From a virus: a stretch of DNA of 64,000 bases. Made by a program: the position numbers and the translations under genes. The stretch's first letter is position 1; the number at the start of each line of letters is the position of its first letter. A model generated the notes under the pieces. The model searched no databases, was not told the DNA's origin, and worked only from the letters and a program-made list of their open reading frames with translations. The stretch covers positions 1-64,000 of IMG/VR virus record IMGVR_UViG_3300031963_000020, one strand, 5' to 3'. Below are positions 9,536 to 18,410 of the stretch, one piece after another.

Positions 9536-10377
9536 ATAAAATTGGTGTAGTAGGATTGGGTTATGTGGGAACAGCGGTGCAGAAAGGTTTTGAATCTACA
9601 CACACCGTCCTAACATACGATATCGCAAAAGAATGCACAGAAGATTCTGTTTCTAGTTTAGCAAACAAAGTTGGTATTATTTTTATATGTGTCCCGACAC
9701 CAATGAATCTAGATGGAACATGTAATACGGATATAGTAGAATCTGTGTTAAAAGAAATATCAACACGTAACGAATCCGAAAGTTCGGCACCAATATGTGT
9801 TCTTAAATCTACAGTCACACCAGGAACAACAAACAGACTAGCAGAAAAATTTATTAATTTGACTATCTGCTTCAACCCAGAATTCCTAACCGAAAAAAAC
9901 TATATCAACGATTTTGTATCTCAGGTTGATATTATTTTAGGATATACTCACAATAGTAGACAAGTAAAAATGGTTGATGATGCATATTGGCAACGGTTCC
10001 CAAATTCCAGTATTCGTCACACAACGGCAAAAGAAGCAGAGATGATTAAGTATGTGGCAAATACTATGCTGTCTGCAAAGGTTGCATATCTCAACGAAAT
10101 ATATCAGATATGTCAAAAGGTTGGTATAGAGTATAGTAACATCGCAAAAACTTTAAAGTGTGATACACGACTAGGAACATCACACTGGGAAGTTCCAGGA
10201 CCAGATGGGCACTTTGGATTCGGTGGAACGTGTTTTCCAAAAGATATAAATGCTTTGATTCAATTTGCAAAGGAAAATAGTCAAGACGTTCCTTTACTAG
10301 AAGCTGTCTGGAATAAAAATCTTGAAGTACGACCTGAAAAAGATTGGGAACTTGATAAAGGTAGAGCAGTAGTATAA
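9532..10377 (+). CDS. ugd: UDP-glucose/GDP-mannose dehydrogenase family (no C-terminal domain)
   Basis: GLGYVG, CVPTP, KSTV.PGTT, NPEFL, AE..KY..N, GFGGTCFPKD. Confidence 0.85.
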   Translation: MNKIGVVGLGYVGTAVQKGFESTHTVLTYDIAKECTEDSVSSLANKVGIIFICVPTPMNLDGTCNTDIVESVLKEISTRNESESSAPICVLKSTVTPGTTNRLAEKFINLTICFNPEFLTEKNYINDFVSQVDIILGYTHNSRQVKMVDDAYWQRFPNSSIRHTTAKEAEMIKYVANTMLSAKVAYLNEIYQICQKVGIEYSNIAKTLKCDTRLGTSHWEVPGPDGHFGFGGTCFPKDINALIQFAKENSQDVPLLEAVWNKNLEVRPEKDWELDKGRAVV

Positions 10378-10400
10378 AATATTATTGAATACTATATATT

Positions 10401-10438
10401 AAGACCGACTTGACAAATGAGTTCGGTCTTTTTATATT
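10401..10438 (+). promoter_or_regulatory. terminator hairpin containing the -35 box of a sigma70 promoter upstream of tmRNA
   Basis: aagaccga...tcggtctt+T tract; TTGACA 10410-N17-TATATT 10433. Confidence 0.65.
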
Positions 10439-10466
10439 TAAGTGTAGATATTTATAGTAGTTAGAA

Positions 10467-10818
10467 GGGCCTGTCATGGTTTCGACGGGATGTAGATGAC
10501 TAAGCTTTGTATCCAGTTTGGTAATACTGGTGAAACAGACCACAAATTTCAACTGGCAACTCATACAGCCAACCTCTCGCCCTCGCTGCGTAAGCAGTAG
10601 AGCCGAAGGACCGATGACCTGACCCATATAAGGGTAATCGGACTTATCATATGGTGTAGTGTTAGTAACGGGTAGTAGCTAACATCAAACACAACTACCC
10701 TACGTCCGACTTATGTTTGTTCCTTGTCAAGAGGCGGATGAAACTAAACAAGGAACTATGTGCATAAACGCTTAGTAGGAAGCAGTCTCGGACGAGGGTT
10801 CGACTCCCTCCAGGTCCA
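10467..10818 (+). ncRNA. ssrA: tmRNA, tag (A)GNSYSQPLALAA at 10555-10593
   Basis: Acceptor GGGCCTG/CAGGTCC-A with G3.U70, ggtttcgac 5' motif, T-arm gagggTTCGACTccctc, tag ORF ending ALAA-TAA. Confidence 0.95.
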
Positions 10819-10859
10819 TTAAAATTGACGGTTGTGTTAATAATTTGAAGGAGGTAGAG

Positions 10860-11144
10860 ATGTATGTGTTCAAAATTATTCAACGCATCTTCAATCAAAT
10901 ATTTCCTCCTATGTCAGTAGAAACTACAACCTTGTTGTTAGAAGAAGCAGACATAATAATGAAGGAAATAAAAGAAGCAAGAAAGTTGGCAGATTTACTA
11001 AGAATTAAAGAAATTTTAAGAAAGTTTCGTGGTGCAGTAGAACTAGCAGGATCACCAAGAGAAGTAAAACAAAAATTGGTTTTTTTAGAAGCACAGTGGA
11101 ACAGGCAATTTAGACTGTGGAAAGCAAATGGTAATCGGTTCTAA
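10860..11144 (+). CDS. hypothetical protein
   Basis: SD GGAGGT before ATG 10860. Confidence 0.65.
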   Translation: MYVFKIIQRIFNQIFPPMSVETTTLLLEEADIIMKEIKEARKLADLLRIKEILRKFRGAVELAGSPREVKQKLVFLEAQWNRQFRLWKANGNRF

Positions 11145-11763
11145 AGTTTCTAGTAAAAGATATATCTGGTTACGAGTTCCAAGAACGGCAACAGTAGCAT
11201 ACGGAAAGATATTTTTTCCAGACGGAAATTACGAACATACTCATAGTAACTACTTTTATGAAAGAGATAGATACGGTGAACTACCAGCGTTTTCTGTTGT
11301 AAGAAATCCGTATGATAGGTTTGTATCCTCAGTAAAGCACATATATAAACAGCAGTTGGTAAATGGTACATCTGGGAAATACAAGTTCACAATACCATTT
11401 ACCGATACAAAAACACTGTATACCTTTTTTGAAACTAATTTGAAAGTACTACGAGATATAGACAACAACGTAGAACACAAAAGAATTTTTCAAACAGAGG
11501 ATTTAAGTTTTGTAAAGATGTTTTTTAGGTTACAAAAAAATTTTGTAGGGTATTCACAAGTAAAAGTGTTCAAGTACGAAGAGCTAGAGGAATTCAATTA
11601 CTGGATACAAACTGAGTTGGGATTAGACACAGGTAAAGTGAGCATACTTAACAGCTCATCTGAAGAGTTGTCTCATATTAACTTCTCATCGGATGAATTC
11701 AAAGAACTTACATATAAGTTATTTGAAGAAGATTATAAATTTTTTGGTTACGTTCAACATTAA
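11128..11763 (+). CDS. sulfotransferase (Sulfotransfer_2-like)
   Basis: VPRTAT 5'-PSB loop, VRNPYDRFVS 3'-PB motif, KYEEL, D...FGY tail. Confidence 0.8.
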   Translation: MVIGSKVSSKRYIWLRVPRTATVAYGKIFFPDGNYEHTHSNYFYERDRYGELPAFSVVRNPYDRFVSSVKHIYKQQLVNGTSGKYKFTIPFTDTKTLYTFFETNLKVLRDIDNNVEHKRIFQTEDLSFVKMFFRLQKNFVGYSQVKVFKYEELEEFNYWIQTELGLDTGKVSILNSSSEELSHINFSSDEFKELTYKLFEEDYKFFGYVQH

Positions 11764-11775
11764 CTAGGAGGCACT

Positions 11776-11958
11776 ATGGACGAAAATAATATCCCCACGG
11801 GTGAGTTCGTCAGTGAAGGCACTCCCGCAAGACCAGGTGAAGAACACTTACCGGCAGAGTTGAGAACCTATGGTATTATGGACTCTAACGGATATAAGAT
11901 TCTTACAAATATGGGTATTCACGGCGGTGGTGGTATCACTTCAGAAGGCTTCGACTGA
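11776..11958 (+). CDS. hypothetical protein
   Basis: SD GGAGG. Confidence 0.6.
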   Translation: MDENNIPTGEFVSEGTPARPGEEHLPAELRTYGIMDSNGYKILTNMGIHGGGGITSEGFD

Positions 11959-11961
11959 CCC

Positions 11962-12402
11962 ATGTTACGTAATTGGGTAGTCCAGTTTGGACACGCCCCA
12001 GGTGACAGAGCAGGAGATGAACGTGTATCTCCTGAAGATAGAGGAAAGTATATTTCACAAGTAGGCTACTATTTTGGATGGCAACCTCCTCCCGGAATGA
12101 GTTGGATTGTTGAAGTTACCAAAGATTTACACGGTAAGCATCCTGGTAGATACATAGCTTGTTTTATGAGATATATGACAGATGGTGAAGCAGAAAAGAT
12201 GCTTGGAACTAACTACGAAAAGTATCAAGCACCAGTAGTAAAACCAGCGGCAACGCACGAAGAATTCTTACGTGGACAACTAGAAGCAATTCAAAAACAA
12301 CTCACTCAATATGAGCAACAAACTCAAACCACAGAAGTTTCAGAGAATTGTGAAGTATGTCCAATAGAAGAAACAACTAACGAAACACAACCAGAAACGT
12401 AA
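11962..12402 (+). CDS. hypothetical protein
   Basis: ORF track, operon context. Confidence 0.6.
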   Translation: MLRNWVVQFGHAPGDRAGDERVSPEDRGKYISQVGYYFGWQPPPGMSWIVEVTKDLHGKHPGRYIACFMRYMTDGEAEKMLGTNYEKYQAPVVKPAATHEEFLRGQLEAIQKQLTQYEQQTQTTEVSENCEVCPIEETTNETQPET

Positions 12403-12411
12403 GAGGTATGT

Positions 12412-12756
12412 ATGTTAAAGAAAAAGGTTACGAAGTTTACTGGTAGTAAGTTAAATGTGATGGAACGTAAGGCACTTGTTTGTCAAGAGTGCAATATTGT
12501 CACGGTTACGGTAGCAAACGATATCGCTGCCGTAACCTGTGCATATTGCGTACAAAAGTCTATTGAACCACCAAAGTTTTATACACCGAAACCAGAGGGT
12601 GAAAAGTTTCCTCGTGGGTGGCATTTTAAACAACGATATGTGCATACAGATGGTCGTGTGTTCTGTAAAGGTGTAGAAACTGGTGAGACTGATACACCAG
12701 AAGTACCAAAGAAGAAAAAGGTAGTTAAGAAAAAGACACCTAAAAAGAGGAAGTAA
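12412..12756 (+). CDS. zinc-finger protein with Lys-rich tail
   Basis: CQEC...CAYC, PRGWHF motif. Confidence 0.65.
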   Translation: MLKKKVTKFTGSKLNVMERKALVCQECNIVTVTVANDIAAVTCAYCVQKSIEPPKFYTPKPEGEKFPRGWHFKQRYVHTDGRVFCKGVETGETDTPEVPKKKKVVKKKTPKKRK

Positions 12757-13092
12757 ATGTTAAATCTACCATCGAAACCATTTCCAGTAATACAAAAGTT
12801 TTTGCATGAAAACAAACTTGTAGTTTACAAATATTTGGTAAAACAAGTACGAAAGGGTATTCGTGAAGATTTAGATAAAGTAGAACTATTTCAGATTACG
12901 CCGATGCACTCACACCAAAAACACACAGCAGTAGTGAAAAAAGAAGATTATGAAAATGTTTTACAAGATGCGATGAAACAAGCGATTAAAGAAGAAGATT
13001 ATGAAACAGCAGCAAAAGTAAGAGATACAATACAGTTCTACAAAGAAAAAAGTATTACTAAACTCTTAAACGATACAAAACCAGAGGAATAA
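12757..13092 (+). CDS. protein with C-terminal UVR (UvrB/UvrC) motif
   Basis: MKQAIKEEDYETAAKVRD. Confidence 0.65.
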   Translation: MLNLPSKPFPVIQKFLHENKLVVYKYLVKQVRKGIREDLDKVELFQITPMHSHQKHTAVVKKEDYENVLQDAMKQAIKEEDYETAAKVRDTIQFYKEKSITKLLNDTKPEE

Positions 13093-13095
13093 AAT

Positions 13096-13629
13096 ATGGC
13101 TATGGCGTTGGATTCAACTAAATGTGTTGTCCTAAATGCCACGTATGAGCCCATAACAGTTGTGACTTCGAAGCGAGCACTATTGTTATTTTTGGAAGGA
13201 AAAGCTATCATAGTCGAGGAACATCCAGAGTTGGTGGTGCGGTCACCAAGACAGACATTCCCTGTACCATTGATGATTGCGTTAGTACGCTATATCAAGG
13301 GCCGCCGTGTATTTAAGACACCAGCTTTACTCACACAGAAAAACCTATTCGTTCGTGATGCATACACTTGCCAATATTGTAATCGGCATAAGAGTGCGTT
13401 CCGTCCTAGTGAATTTTTGACTCGTGACCACGTACATCCTGTTGCAAAGGGTGGTCAAGACAAGTGGGAAAATGTGGTGACGAGTTGTAGTACCTGTAAC
13501 AATAAGAAAGCAGACAAGTTGTTAGAAATGACTACGATGAAACTGGCAAAACAACCTGTCACACCTACAATTTTTGAGCTGTGGACAAAACAACAGGCAC
13601 GAACTAACCGAGCAATAATGGTTGCATAA
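13096..13629 (+). CDS. HNH endonuclease (McrA-like)
   Basis: VLNATYEP, RDAYTCQYC, TRDHVHP..KGG..WEN.V.SC..CN..K. Confidence 0.9.
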   Translation: MAMALDSTKCVVLNATYEPITVVTSKRALLLFLEGKAIIVEEHPELVVRSPRQTFPVPLMIALVRYIKGRRVFKTPALLTQKNLFVRDAYTCQYCNRHKSAFRPSEFLTRDHVHPVAKGGQDKWENVVTSCSTCNNKKADKLLEMTTMKLAKQPVTPTIFELWTKQQARTNRAIMVA

Positions 13630-13631
13630 CT

Positions 13632-14327
13632 ATGCTGATAACATCTAAAATTGATGATACAAAATGGTTATGGGTCAACGTTCCCAAGACTGCTTCTACG
13701 GCAGTAATGAGAACGTTTTTCCCATTAAAGGAAATAAACGAGCAAGAACATCAAACGTATAATCATTTGATAGACATTCACGGAAGTTTTGATGCTTTCA
13801 CTACTGTTAGAAATCCCATTACACGCTTTAAGTCCGCTCTCAATCACACATTGAATGTTTGTGTATGTGGAAAATGTAAAATATCGGACAGACCTGTTGA
13901 TAAAATAGATATTATACATTTCGTAAGTGATATGCTAAAACTAAAAAGTCAGAAAACAGATTTTTTTAGAGCCGTTTATATGAACGGAGAAAGTGATTAT
14001 CAAATGAATGTCGCTAGAAGTATGGAAAACAGGTTTAGTAAGTATCTTATACCAAGTGGAGTAAATTGTTTACGAATTCCAGCATATGTTTCACAAACAT
14101 TTATATTGAATGGTCCGCAAAATAAATTGCATATATTTAAGTATGAAAACCTACAAGAATTGTCGGAATTCATACAAAATAAATTGGGATATACATTTAA
14201 TAATATTATTTATCGAAAATACACCGATAAATTGGGGGTTGACTTTTTAGACCCTACCCTGTTAGATTTACTCCACGAGCTGTATCGTGAAGATTATGAT
14301 AACTTTAACTACGGGAAACGGTTATGA
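13632..14327 (+). CDS. sulfotransferase (Sulfotransfer_2-like)
   Basis: VPKTAST, VRNPITRFKS, KYENL, Y.ED...FNY. Confidence 0.8.
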   Translation: MLITSKIDDTKWLWVNVPKTASTAVMRTFFPLKEINEQEHQTYNHLIDIHGSFDAFTTVRNPITRFKSALNHTLNVCVCGKCKISDRPVDKIDIIHFVSDMLKLKSQKTDFFRAVYMNGESDYQMNVARSMENRFSKYLIPSGVNCLRIPAYVSQTFILNGPQNKLHIFKYENLQELSEFIQNKLGYTFNNIIYRKYTDKLGVDFLDPTLLDLLHELYREDYDNFNYGKRL

Positions 14328-14947
14328 TGGATTACGAAGAGAAGGCTAAGAAAAACTTGGAAAAGTTCAACGCATTTCTTGCTGACGATCCTCGTGTTGA
14401 AAAGTTGAATGAAATGTACGAAGTTTTCGGTGAACAACTACTTTCCGCACCCGCATCTGGTAAGATTCACTACCACAATGCATTTCCTGGGGGGTATCTC
14501 GATCACGTAGTTCATGTCGCGGAGACTTCTATGAAGGTGGCTACCGCGTATAAGGCTATTGGTGGCGAAATTGACTTCACCAAGCAAGAAATGATTTTTG
14601 CAGCACTTCATCACGACCTTGGAAAGCTCGGTAATGAGACAGGTCCATATTACCTTGACCAAGATAGTGATTGGCATCGTAAGCGCGGTGAAATGTATAC
14701 GTACAATGATAATATTCAGTTTATGACAGTCACAGATAGAGCATTGTATCTTTTACAGAAGTTTGAAGTTCCTATCACAGAAAAGGAATGGTTAGCAATC
14801 AAGATGTCCGATGGTTTGTATGATGATGGAAATAAGCCATACTATAAGCCGTATCAAAAGTATGCGATGAAAACAAATCTTCCGTATGTCATCCATTGGT
14901 CTGACCACATGGCTTGTACGGCAGAACGTGACGCAGGAATGTTTTAA
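14324..14947 (+). CDS. HD-domain phosphohydrolase (YhaM-like HD domain)
   Basis: APAS...YHNAFPGGY.DH, HHDLGK, final D. Confidence 0.8.
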   Translation: MMDYEEKAKKNLEKFNAFLADDPRVEKLNEMYEVFGEQLLSAPASGKIHYHNAFPGGYLDHVVHVAETSMKVATAYKAIGGEIDFTKQEMIFAALHHDLGKLGNETGPYYLDQDSDWHRKRGEMYTYNDNIQFMTVTDRALYLLQKFEVPITEKEWLAIKMSDGLYDDGNKPYYKPYQKYAMKTNLPYVIHWSDHMACTAERDAGMF

Positions 14948-14955
14948 TAGTTGAT

Positions 14956-15037
14956 GCACTTGTGGCGGAATTGGGAGACGCACCAGCCTTAGGAGCTGGC
15001 GCCGTGAGGCGTGTGGGTTCGACCCCCACCGAGTGCA
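14956..15037 (+). tRNA. tRNA-Leu(UAG)
   Basis: GCACTTG/CGAGTGC-A; ccagc-ctTAGga-gctgg; long variable arm. Confidence 0.93.
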
Positions 15038-15042
15038 TTTGT

Positions 15043-15116
15043 GGTGATTGTAGCTCAGCTGGCAGAGCAGCGGATTGTGGTTCCGCGGGTCGCGGGTTCG
15101 AGCCCCGTCAGTCACC
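15043..15116 (+). tRNA. tRNA-His(GUG) with encoded G-1
   Basis: gcgga-ttGTGgt-tccgc; G-1:C73. Confidence 0.93.
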
Positions 15117-15137
15117 CGTACAAAAAGGAGAATTGTT

Positions 15138-15323
15138 ATGGCAAAACAAAAAATAAATGAAAATTGGAATGTCCAGTATTATTCACGTGATTCTCAATCA
15201 AACGAAGATATTTTAAATTTAAATATGTCGTGGGAAAATCGTGATATTGATGGAGTGAAGAAAAATTTAAATATCTGGTTGTCTGCAATAGGCATACCAC
15301 TCCAAGTGACAGATAAAAAGTAA
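15138..15323 (+). CDS. hypothetical protein
   Basis: SD AGGAG; start moved downstream of tRNA-His. Confidence 0.65.
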   Translation: MAKQKINENWNVQYYSRDSQSNEDILNLNMSWENRDIDGVKKNLNIWLSAIGIPLQVTDKK

Positions 15324-15325
15324 TC

Positions 15326-15398
15326 GCTGACATAGCTCAGTTGGTAGAGCACCACTTTGGTAAAGTGGAGGTCACCAGTTCAATCCTGGTTGTCAGCT
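15326..15398 (+). tRNA. tRNA-Thr(GGU)
   Basis: GCTGACA/TGTCAGC; ccact-ttGGTaa-agtgg. Confidence 0.93.
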
Positions 15399-15400
15399 CT

Positions 15401-15474
15401 GCCTCAATAGCTCAACTGGATAGAGCACCTGACTTCGGATCAGGGGGTTGTGGGTTCGAATCCTTCTTGGGGCG
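15401..15474 (+). tRNA. tRNA-Arg(UCG)
   Basis: cctga-ctTCGga-tcagg; one T-stem mismatch. Confidence 0.9.
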
Positions 15475-15478
15475 TTAT

Positions 15479-15552
15479 ACCCGCGTAGCTCAGTTGGATA
15501 GAGCAACAGCCTTCTAAGCTGTGGGTCAGAGGTTCGAATCCTCTCGCGGGTG
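15479..15552 (+). tRNA. tRNA-Arg(UCU)
   Basis: ACCCGCG/CGCGGGT; acagc-ctTCTaa-gctgt. Confidence 0.93.
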
Positions 15553-15570
15553 CTAATCTATGGAGGTTGT

Positions 15571-16176
15571 ATGTCGTATCCGTTGACAACAAGAGTACAT
15601 AGTATAAAAAAGGACATGCTTCCTTACACATTTATTGATGATGTATTTACAAACGAAGAATTAAACCAAGTAATAAATTATTGTAATACTTTAAGTTTGG
15701 GTGATGCAACGGTAGGTGAAGGACGAATTGCACCAAACTATAGAAAGTCTAAAGTAAACCAGTTTAAGGTAAATAATCAAAATAATTGGATATTTGATAG
15801 ATTACAAACAGCGGCAACTTATGTAAATAACGAATTTTTTAGATTTGACTTGATTGGATTTGACAAAATTCAATACACAGAGTACAGAGATCAAAATGAT
15901 TTATATGATTTTCACGTAGATTGTTGGATGGGCGAGAATACACCAGCTGACCATATGTTTCCGAGAAAGTTATCGTGCAGTCTCATACTGTCAGATTCAA
16001 ACGAATATGAAGGTGGTCAGTTTGAAGTTATGTACACCAAACAACCAGAAGAAGTAAAACAAATAAAAAATAGACTAATTACATTTCCGTCATACATGCT
16101 ACATAGAGTAAAACCAGTAGTAAAAGGAACACGTAAATCATTAGTATTTTGGGTCATTGGCCCTAAATTTAAATAA
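15571..16176 (+). CDS. 2OG-Fe(II) oxygenase (PKHD/prolyl-hydroxylase-like)
   Basis: HVD...RKLS...YEGG...FPS...HRVKPV..G.R.SLV.W. Confidence 0.9.
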   Translation: MSYPLTTRVHSIKKDMLPYTFIDDVFTNEELNQVINYCNTLSLGDATVGEGRIAPNYRKSKVNQFKVNNQNNWIFDRLQTAATYVNNEFFRFDLIGFDKIQYTEYRDQNDLYDFHVDCWMGENTPADHMFPRKLSCSLILSDSNEYEGGQFEVMYTKQPEEVKQIKNRLITFPSYMLHRVKPVVKGTRKSLVFWVIGPKFK

Positions 16177-16262
16177 GGTGCGATGGCCGAGAGGCTGAAG
16201 GCACGGGTCTGCAAAACCCTTGGACTAAACATCCCGCGTCAGTTCGAATCTGACTCGCACCT
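16177..16262 (+). tRNA. tRNA-Cys(GCA) with 17-nt variable region
   Basis: GGTGCGA/TCGCACC-U73; gggt-ctGCAaa-accc; variable region tggactaaacatcccgc. Confidence 0.85.
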
Positions 16263-16278
16263 CTTTTCAGGAGAAACT

Positions 16279-16443
16279 ATGACAAGACTAACACCAGAAA
16301 TTGTAAAGAATACAATTGTTACGGTTATTTGTGTTCTCACCATAGTTATGTTAGCCACCGCACTGATAGTTGGTGAAGTTAACAAACCAGAAGTGCTACA
16401 AGGTGGTGATATTCAACACGCTATGGAGACAGGACAATTTTAA
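16279..16443 (+). CDS. small membrane protein
   Basis: SD AGGAG; one TM. Confidence 0.6.
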   Translation: MTRLTPEIVKNTIVTVICVLTIVMLATALIVGEVNKPEVLQGGDIQHAMETGQF

Positions 16444-16724
16444 TGAAGAAACTTTTATTTACGAAACCGATTACATTGTCGGACACCGCAGAACATAGAA
16501 TTCATACTCGTAAGTGGTGGGCGATACTGATTTTGGTTGTAGGTGGTTTATTGTTAGCAGGACGAGTACCCGTCCCGATGTCGTTAAGTTATACTTTACT
16601 GTTCTTCGGTCATGCTGGAATGTTGCATAGTTTCTGGGAGAAACGAGATTATCCTATGGTTATCGTCAACCTTGTTTGGCTTGGTGTTGATGCCTTAGGA
16701 TTCATACGATGGTGGAATATGTAA
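16443..16724 (+). CDS. multi-TM membrane protein
   Basis: Three hydrophobic helices. Confidence 0.65.
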   Translation: MKKLLFTKPITLSDTAEHRIHTRKWWAILILVVGGLLLAGRVPVPMSLSYTLLFFGHAGMLHSFWEKRDYPMVIVNLVWLGVDALGFIRWWNM

Positions 16725-16727
16725 CAA

Positions 16728-17153
16728 ATGACAAGACAATGTGGAAGTTGTACCAAATGTTGTGATGGTTGGTTAACCGCCGATGTATACGGACACAAAA
16801 TGGAACCAGGCAAACCCTGTCCATTTGTTGGTGACCATAAATGTACAATATACAATAAGCGACCACAATTATGTAGTGATTTTAAGTGTGGGTGGTTAAA
16901 AGATGATGGAACCTTGTTTGATGAATGGCTGCGTCCTAACAATACTAATGTTATATTCGTTCATTTCAAAATTGATGATATCGTGTGGTATCGTTTGGCC
17001 GAAGCAGGTGCAAAAGTAAACACAATACTGTTAAGTTATATAATTCAAATATTTACAAAAAATAATGTAAATTTAGAATATTGGATAAACGGAGCGCAGT
17101 TTCTTATAGGTACGCAAAAGTTCAAAGACTTGGTTAAAACACACCACAACTAA
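16728..17153 (+). CDS. CxxCxxCC (YkgJ-like) metal-binding protein
   Basis: CGSCTKCC, CPF, C.IY..RP..C..F.C. Confidence 0.8.
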   Translation: MTRQCGSCTKCCDGWLTADVYGHKMEPGKPCPFVGDHKCTIYNKRPQLCSDFKCGWLKDDGTLFDEWLRPNNTNVIFVHFKIDDIVWYRLAEAGAKVNTILLSYIIQIFTKNNVNLEYWINGAQFLIGTQKFKDLVKTHHN

Positions 17154-17162
17154 TTTGTAAAC

Positions 17163-17236
17163 GGCAGGGTAGCTCAGTTGGTGAGAGCGCACGACTCATA
17201 ATCGTGAGGTCGAGGGTTCGAATCCCTCCCCCGCTA
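17163..17236 (+). tRNA. tRNA-Met(CAU), elongator type (Ile2 not excluded)
   Basis: cacga-ctCATaa-tcgtg; no C1:A72 mismatch or 3 G-C anticodon pairs. Confidence 0.85.
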
Positions 17237-17251
17237 TAACACGGAGAATGT

Positions 17252-17428
17252 ATGTTTATTATTAAGTTCAACGATATTGAAACACCAACACAGTATGCAA
17301 CACGTGAAGATGCGGTACGAGAATTAATAGGTATGTTTGGTGATATTGAATTGGATGAAATGAATATTGCGTTCTGGCCTAGTGTATCGGCACGAGGATA
17401 CACAAAGATAGAGATAGTAGAACAATAA
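17252..17428 (+). CDS. 58-aa hypothetical protein (not in ORF track)
   Basis: SD GGAG; stop abuts tRNA-Tyr. Confidence 0.6.
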   Translation: MFIIKFNDIETPTQYATREDAVRELIGMFGDIELDEMNIAFWPSVSARGYTKIEIVEQ

Positions 17429-17512
17429 GGGAGTGCCGCAGAGTTGGAGGACTGCAACAGACTGTAAATCTGTCGCCAATAGGCCTAGTAGGTTCGAATC
17501 CTTCCACTCCCA
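17429..17512 (+). tRNA. tRNA-Tyr(GUA)
   Basis: GGGAGTG/CACTCCC-A; acaga-ctGTAaa-tctgt; long variable arm; C at position 8. Confidence 0.88.
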
Positions 17513-17515
17513 TAT

Positions 17516-17589
17516 AGGCGCGTAGCTCAGGTGGTTAGAGCACTGACCTGATAAGTCAGGGGTCGCTGGTTCAACTCCAGCCGTGCCTA
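17516..17589 (+). tRNA. tRNA-Ile(GAU)
   Basis: ctgac-ctGATaa-gtcag. Confidence 0.93.
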
Positions 17590-17593
17590 CTTT

Positions 17594-17666
17594 GCACCGT
17601 TAGCTCAACTGGTAGAGCATTCGCCTCTTAAGCGACAGGTTGTAGGATCGTCCCCTACACGGTGCA
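17594..17666 (+). tRNA. tRNA-Lys(CUU)
   Basis: GCACCGT/ACGGTGC; tcgc-ctCTTaa-gcga; atypical T-loop ATCGTCC. Confidence 0.82.
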
Positions 17667-17669
17667 TAC

Positions 17670-17742
17670 GCCAAGATAGCTCAGTTGGTAGAGCGCCAGC
17701 CTGAAGAGCTGGGCGTCGGGGGTTCGACTCCCTCTCTTGGCA
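17670..17742 (+). tRNA. tRNA-Phe(GAA)
   Basis: ccagc-ctGAAga-gctgg. Confidence 0.93.
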
Positions 17743-17759
17743 TTACATAGGAGAACGTT

Positions 17760-17873
17760 ATGTTTAATGCAGCATTATTATTTTTTATTGTATTCGTCGC
17801 ATACCGATGGGTAAAAGGTATAGAAAATATGAAAAATCTTCACCCAGACTACAAAGGTGAGGACTTCCCGTGA
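17760..17873 (+). CDS. 37-aa membrane peptide (not in ORF track)
   Basis: SD AGGAG; MFNAALLFFIVFVAYRWVKG...HPDYKGEDFP. Confidence 0.6.
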   Translation: MFNAALLFFIVFVAYRWVKGIENMKNLHPDYKGEDFP

Positions 17874-17965
17874 TATACGCTATTATTACATTTTTAATAA
17901 TAGCTATTACTATAAGCTTGACAACGGCTTGGATAGCAGTTATATTAGAAAAGGACGAGTTTTAG
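17870..17965 (+). CDS. 31-aa membrane peptide whose stop overlaps tRNA-Trp
   Basis: GTGA overlap with upstream stop, SD GAGGA, hydrophobic helix. Confidence 0.4.
   Translation: MIYAIITFLIIAITISLTTAWIAVILEKDEF
17918..17946 (+). promoter_or_regulatory. sigma70-like promoter
   Basis: TTGACA-N17-TATATT upstream of tRNA-Trp. Confidence 0.7.
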
Positions 17966-18036
17966 GGTCTATGGTGTAATTGGCAGCACAATGCTCTCCA
18001 AAAGCATTAGTCAAGGTTCGAGTCCTTGTGGGCCTG
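17965..18036 (+). tRNA. tRNA-Trp(CCA)
   Basis: atgct-ctCCAaa-agcat; G73. Confidence 0.9.
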
Positions 18037-18042
18037 TTTCAT

Positions 18043-18116
18043 TCCCAGTTAGCTCAGTTGGTTAGAGCATCTGACTGTTAATCAGAGGGTCGGGGGTTCA
18101 AGTCCCTCACTGGGAG
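18043..18116 (+). tRNA. tRNA-Asn(GUU)
   Basis: TCCCAGT/ACTGGGA-G; tctga-ctGTTaa-tcaga. Confidence 0.93.
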
Positions 18117-18142
18117 CTTTACAAAACAACAATGAGGTTATT

Positions 18143-18400
18143 ATGAATTTGACACCGAATGATAAGTTGAAGTTAGAAGCAGCATTAAAAGATATGGCAA
18201 CGTCTATGACCCGTGTTGCCGCAGAACGTGACTTGCAAAAGAATGTGATTGGAGACATCTGTGAAGAACTCCAACTCAACAAGAAGGTATTCCGTAAGTT
18301 AGCACGTGTATATTACAAGCAGAACTTTGATGATGAAGTTGCAACGCACCAAGAGTTTGAAACCCTTTACGAGACGGTAACGCAAACCACTAAGCCCTAA
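18143..18400 (+). CDS. T4 DsbA-like dsDNA-binding protein
   Basis: Size and 'FRKLARVYYKQNFDDE...FE.LYE' pattern. Confidence 0.65.
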   Translation: MNLTPNDKLKLEAALKDMATSMTRVAAERDLQKNVIGDICEELQLNKKVFRKLARVYYKQNFDDEVATHQEFETLYETVTQTTKP

Positions 18401-18410
18401 GAGGTGACGT

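Noticed and set aside
13096-13629. Intron- or intein-associated mobile element
   Set aside because: Free-standing HNH gene with intact neighbours
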